Below are positions 59,031 through 64,000 of a stretch of 64,000 nt of DNA, piece by piece. The stretch lies in contig JASCQW010000072.1 in the NCBI GenBank assembly GCA_030264375.1, positions 49,496,940 through 49,560,939 on the forward strand, in the 5' to 3' direction. The stretch comes from Carcharhinus longimanus. Its lineage: Eukaryota. Both the position numbers and the translations under genes were made by a program. A model generated the notes under the pieces. It did not search any database, was not told the origin of the DNA, and worked only from the letters and a program-made list of their open reading frames with translations. How positions within the stretch are numbered: the stretch's first letter is position 1; every line of letters starts with the position of its first letter.

Positions 59031-60819
59031 GTCCTCAGCTGTCCTCACCTCTGGAAGGCCCCAGCATGCCAGAGGCCTCGGACATTCTCCCCTCTATCCG
59101 ATGTACATTATCAGATGTGTTGTACTCACTAGAGAGTGAACTAGAAGCCTCACCACTAACTGCACCCAAGCATCTGGTCAGCACCACCAGGTGGGCACTG
59201 CCTGATGGGCCCAACTACTAGAGGAATTAAGTGGTCTCCCAGCCCCTGGTGTGACCATCATGCCAGGTCTTCACTAATGGAGACCAGTAGCAATTCTTGC
59301 CATTCTCAAGCCATGCTCAAAGGCCAGAGATTTCCGTGCACTGGAATATGAGTGGGCTATGCATATTTAAATATGCTAATCAGGCTAATACCCTTTCTGG
59401 GCACAATCAGTTCACGCCATTAGGAAGGGACCAGCAACCGGCAAACTGTTTGTCTCCGGGAAGGAAATGGACTGACTGTTAGGTCCATCACTATTCTCTG
59501 AGATCAGTACAATCTGCTAATGGCGTGGCGAGGTCAGAGATTTGCCCCCTAAGTCTCTGGTTTTATGGGTGAAATTTTCTATGATGTGTCAGAATGTAAG
59601 GCTTGTATCTCACCAGATGTATTGCCAAGTTTTCAGACCAGATTTTCTGACACGCTGACAAAAAATACCTGGGGGCTTGGATAAAATAAGTGTTTGTCAT
59701 CATGTGGGATGTCTGGTTGTGTTTATTAATTCAGGTAGGAGTGTGTTCTTTTTCTTGCTGACATTTTTTCGTCTTCAGTTGTCATCTTTGAGGTTCAAAT
59801 GCTGGGGTCCTGCCCAGAGACTCTGTTGCTATTTAGTTCGATCCAGGGTAATGGACTCCCAAGATTTGGTGTCAATGTTGCATTTCTTTGTGTTGGTTTT
59901 CAGCACATCCTTGTTCTGTCCTCCTCTGTTTCATTTGCCCTGATTGAGCTGGGAGAATTTGACCTGCTTTAGGAGTCTGACAGACATCGAAATTATGTGA
60001 TAAATCCAACAAAGCTGATGGCAGCTGACCCTAGCCTCAATGCTTGTGGTGCCCGCTTGTGCGAGGACACCAATGTTGATGCTGTAAGAATTAGTATCCT
60101 ATTAATTCATTCGTATGTTATTTTAATAATCCTTCACACTGTTAGCCATTATTTACTAAAGATCAAGAAACTGAAAGTGCATGTTATACTCATTCCAGCA
60201 TCATATCAACTGTTCACTCACACAACTACCCCACATTTCCAATGTGTTTAGTATAATTACTCACTGAGTGGAATGTGTCTTTAATCACAGAGATGTTGTA
60301 ATACAAAAAATAATGCTGATCATGTTTCCTTCTCATCAAACATAGACCTTGGGGGCAATTCTCCCAAAAAAAGTTCTAAGTGCTGAATTGGTGGGAAAAA
60401 TGGTGTAATTCATGATTGTTTTTGCAGTGAGAGTTCAGACTCGAATCTCCCGTACTCTGTGCAACGCAGAGGTCACAATCAGAAATATAATTATTTATAT
60501 TGGAGGTGGGGTATATTCACATCAGAGACTGTCAGTTCCAGAACTCTGCGCGTGCACAGTGGCCCTGAACTGTCAGTTTGCACTTTCCTATCCAGCTGAA
60601 TCACTGGCCAGTACGGGACCCTTGCAGTACTGCCCTTCCAACCCCACCACGGCTCGATCACGGCCCCCAAGAATATTCTTGAGAAAGCCCCGACCCCCTC
60701 CCATCCCGGAGTAGTGCAATCTCCAGCCCTGCCATCCCCCCCCAAGCACTTACGATAGAATCCCTACAGTGCAGAAGGGGGCCATTTGGTCCATCAAGTC
60801 TGCACTGACCACAATCCCA

Positions 60820-61315
60820 GTTTCTGCTCAGTGATTCTGCATTGTCGTGTGTCGTGAAGGGCGCCTTGGAGAACACTCACCCGAAGATCAGAGACTGAAT
60901 GCCCATGACAGCTGAAGTGTTCCCGACAGGAAGAGAACACTCATGCCTGGTGATTGTCAAGCAGTGTTCGTTCATCCATTGTCGAAACGCCTACAATGTA
61001 CCCCAATGTACCACTCCTCGGGACACCCTTCCCTGCAGCACTTCAGGTAGACAACATTGGCCAAATTGCAAGGGTATGTACCGCAATGTATGTACCATAC
61101 GTACCAGAATGTAAAGACTTGCATTCCAATCATTATCTTGTAAATTGAGTTTGTGACTTTATATATCCTGTTTACAAACACATCTCCCACTCACCTGATG
61201 AAGGAGCAGTGCTCTGAAAGCTTGTGACTTTTTCTACCAAATAAACCTGTTGGACTTTAACCTGGTATCGTGGACTTCCTACTGTGCTTACCCCAATGCT
61301 GGCATCTCCACATCT
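60820..61315. mobile_element. Penelope-like element: GIY-YIG endonuclease remnant (minus) joined to a plus-strand pLTR
   Basis: Minus strand CNLANVVYLKCCREGCPEEWYIG...WMNEH...EHFSCHGHSVSDLRVSVLQG...ITEQKL (60820-61075); plus-strand 3' UTR and pLTR 61120-61315 homologous to the reverse complement of 6797-6960. Confidence 0.9.
61191..61225 (+). ncRNA. Hammerhead-ribozyme-like core in Penelope pLTR
   Basis: CUGAUGA-A-GGAGC(agu)GCUCU-GAAA-GCUU; both boxes canonical, palindromic AAGCUU at the helix III position. Confidence 0.55.
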
Positions 61316-61379
61316 TAAATATTTCAGCAGGGATTTCATCTCCTCCTGCTGTTCCGTTGTTCTTCATTTGTATGACTTT

Positions 61380-63450
61380 TATCACGTCCATACATGCTAG
61401 TAGAGTTCTAAGCTTGCCACTGACTTGATGTTATGGGATAGAGTTAGAAACATTCCCATCAACAACTGGTTCTTAATTAAAAAGATTTCAAAATGATCCC
61501 TCCAACAGGCGTTGGAAATTCCCTTCCCTCATCAGATCCCCCCCATTCTTGGGCCTCAGAAGATTTGGTCTTTGAGCATTTGGGCCATAAATCAATGTTT
61601 TGTCAGTGAAGAAGCCACAAATATCATTCATGTGAGCAAGGTGTTGAATTTCCTTTGTCTTATCTGCCAACCACATGCTCTTCATGTCTCAGGTGCACCT
61701 TTGCAACATGACCTTTCGCTTTGCTTGTTAACCAGTATCTTCTGCACTGAGTTTGGATCATTCTGCTAGATGCAGAAAATCTTGCATTTGCAATCAATGA
61801 GTTAATTGGTATCCTGGTCATTTTCATTGAACCAATCCTGATGTTTCCTGACAGAAAATCAAGTATCTCTTTGCAGGCATTGCTATATTGGCCTTAAGGA
61901 CATCCCAAGCACTCTTATTGATTGCAGTTTGAATATTTTTCCCTAAAGCATTGGTGGAATTGGTCTTTTTTGATTGGGTCCTTCAGAGCTTCAATGTTTA
62001 TATTTCAGGGACATCCTTTCTGTTAATCCCATCATTTGGGTGCCAGTTTAATGGACATCATTGAATAAATTGATGATTGGTCCAGCAGCCATCAGCTCCT
62101 GTCATTCCTCTGTGTTAATGATATATTAATTACACGGGTGAAGGGCATTGTGCAATGAAATACTTTGAGCACATATAAATAGAAGATGTGCCACATCATC
62201 ATCCTTGGGAATGACATTTTAATTTAATTTTGTAAATTTCCTTTGAACTTTTGATGTTTTTGTTACAGTGCCCTACTAAAGGCTATCACTCCTCTTATTT
62301 TTGGTATTTTGCTTAATTTATTGATTTTTGTTTTATGAAAAAAGCATATAAATAGGGGATCTTCCATGACCGGTGGGCACAGGGGAGCTAGAATGCGTCA
62401 TCAGCCCCCAGAACAATATTTAAATTTGATTAGACGAGCTTAATTTGTTGCAGTGCCCTTTTATGGGGCTATCACTTTAATTTAGTTTATTAATTTGTTA
62501 ATCTGACGAACTAGTACACATTATTTTATTGGTTAATCAAAAGAGTATAAATCGGAGATAGCAATGACACTAGGTGGACTGGAAGAGAGTTGTGAGACTG
62601 AACAAAATCTTGAGAAAGAAAAGCTCGGTGTCTTGTCTTCGACTTTGCCAACCAGCTTGAATTCTACTAACACTATGGTGGTGTGGATATCTTTGCAATT
62701 CCTTGTATGGACGATAATGTAATTGACCAGGTGCCAGTGCTTGGGTGTTGCAATGAGATTTTGTACCTGTTCTTTTGGCTGGACAGGGTATCGGTGATGA
62801 TAAGCCCATGTTTTGTGCATTTGGAAAGGAAAACAATATTATTGGAAATGAGTTTCCAATTCCTTCCCTGCCAAAATTCCATTCCAGAGTTTGGAATCTC
62901 TTCCAATTCTGGCATTGAAGCCTCCAAGAGGAACACCACCGAGAAGTTGGTCAAGTTTGGCAAAGGCATCTTCCTTGGCTTCATCATTGTCCAGAGTTGG
63001 GACAAGTGCACTGACCGTGGTGAAGAAGTTACTCCTCACCAGTTTGAGATGAAGAGACATGAGGCACTTATTTCTATCACAAGGGAATTCACCAAGCTGG
63101 TCCACAAGTTAATTCTTGATGGCAAATCCAGTCCTGTGAACTCTGCATTCTTCTGATTCCCTTTACCAAAAGTTCCTTGAGCTGCCACTCTCATGGGTAT
63201 GTCAGTAAGGATTCTCACGTTCCCAAACATTACTACTGGTGTCTTCTGCTTGTTTCTATTCCAGTAAGTGATTTCATTGGATGTAGTTAACCAACCCAGA
63301 GAGGTAAAACAGACTATGTTTCGGATACCTTTCTTAGACCCTTCCCCAATAAAGGATGAACAAAGCATGTCCAGGAATGGCCTTTCAGTTGTAATTACAG
63401 CTGCCAAGATGCACTTCTGTCTAGTCCAATGCTAGATAACCATCTTGCAT
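61380..63450 (-). mobile_element. RTE-clade (BovB-like) LINE remnant, endonuclease and linker, with an AT-rich interruption at ~62000-62600
   Basis: VPTLDNDEAKEDAFAKLD, LGGFNARIGRDSKLWNG, CTKHGLIITDTLSSQKNRYKISLQHP, KHWHLVNYIIV, QDWFNENDQD. Confidence 0.85.
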
Positions 63451-64000
63451 CTCCCATCTCTGTGATAGATAAATTATAGAAGCTTCCAGACAATACAATC
63501 CTGCTCCTGTAGTGATTCCCCCACTCTGTGGCATTCCACTCCTCATATCTGTTTGCCACAGATGGAGAATGATAAGAAATAAGACTTCATTTCAGAACGT
63601 TGATGCATAACATTGACATTTAATACTGAAAAAGAGGACTTATACTAGTGCCCCCATAATACCCAGCCCCAGTGTTTAACATCACAAGCAGCCCTCTCTT
63701 CTGGGCCCTGGTCCCACTGTACTTCATCCTGTTTTGATTAACCCTTTCTTACTCATTGCCCAGGTTCCTCAGCGAATACAAGGGGCAGTCTTTGGAACCC
63801 AGTATGAAAAATCCCCGTTGAAACAACTAACGTAAAATTCACCACAAAGATAATAATTAAGCCAATGAATCAAAATGTCTACAGGATATAAGGTTAATTT
63901 TGACATTTAACATAATTCCTTTTAATAGCCCTTTTTATCTTAGACCAGAAAGAAATTTCCAGCTCTATCACTCACAGCTATGATTTAATGTAATATCTTT

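Noticed and set aside
1-64000. CRISPR arrays, operons, rRNA, phage or prokaryotic defence systems
   Set aside because: No regularly spaced repeats or long intact ORFs; the content is vertebrate repeat-rich DNA.

Overview
Vertebrate, repeat-rich and almost gene-free genomic DNA from a gapped scaffold. The repeat set (HE1-type V-SINEs, CR1/HER1-like LINEs, a SacSINE1-like Deu-SINE, Penelope-like elements) points to a cartilaginous fish, probably a shark; this is inference from repeat sequence only. The only confidently recognisable host coding sequence is one 154-nt exon of an endosomal/Golgi Na+/H+ exchanger (SLC9A7/NHE7-like, 7541-7694, +), with intact splice sites and no sister exon visible in the 64 kb. 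That exon lies inside a ~2.55 kb segment (6797-9346) that begins and ends with Penelope-like pseudo-LTRs carrying hammerhead-like cores and is flanked by an exact 14-bp direct repeat (TCAAAACAAAAGTA). This suggests Penelope-mediated capture of a host exon, but a chimeric assembly join is not excluded. The rest is decayed mobile DNA: a PIF/Harbinger transposase and MITE-like derivatives, five Gypsy-type LTR remnants, a Copia (GalEa-like) element, an RTE LINE, many CR1 fragments, several SINE families and two local duplications. No rRNA, true tRNA gene, CRISPR array or prokaryotic feature was seen. All family assignments come from motifs recognised by eye, not from database searches, and repeat boundaries are approximate unless stated.
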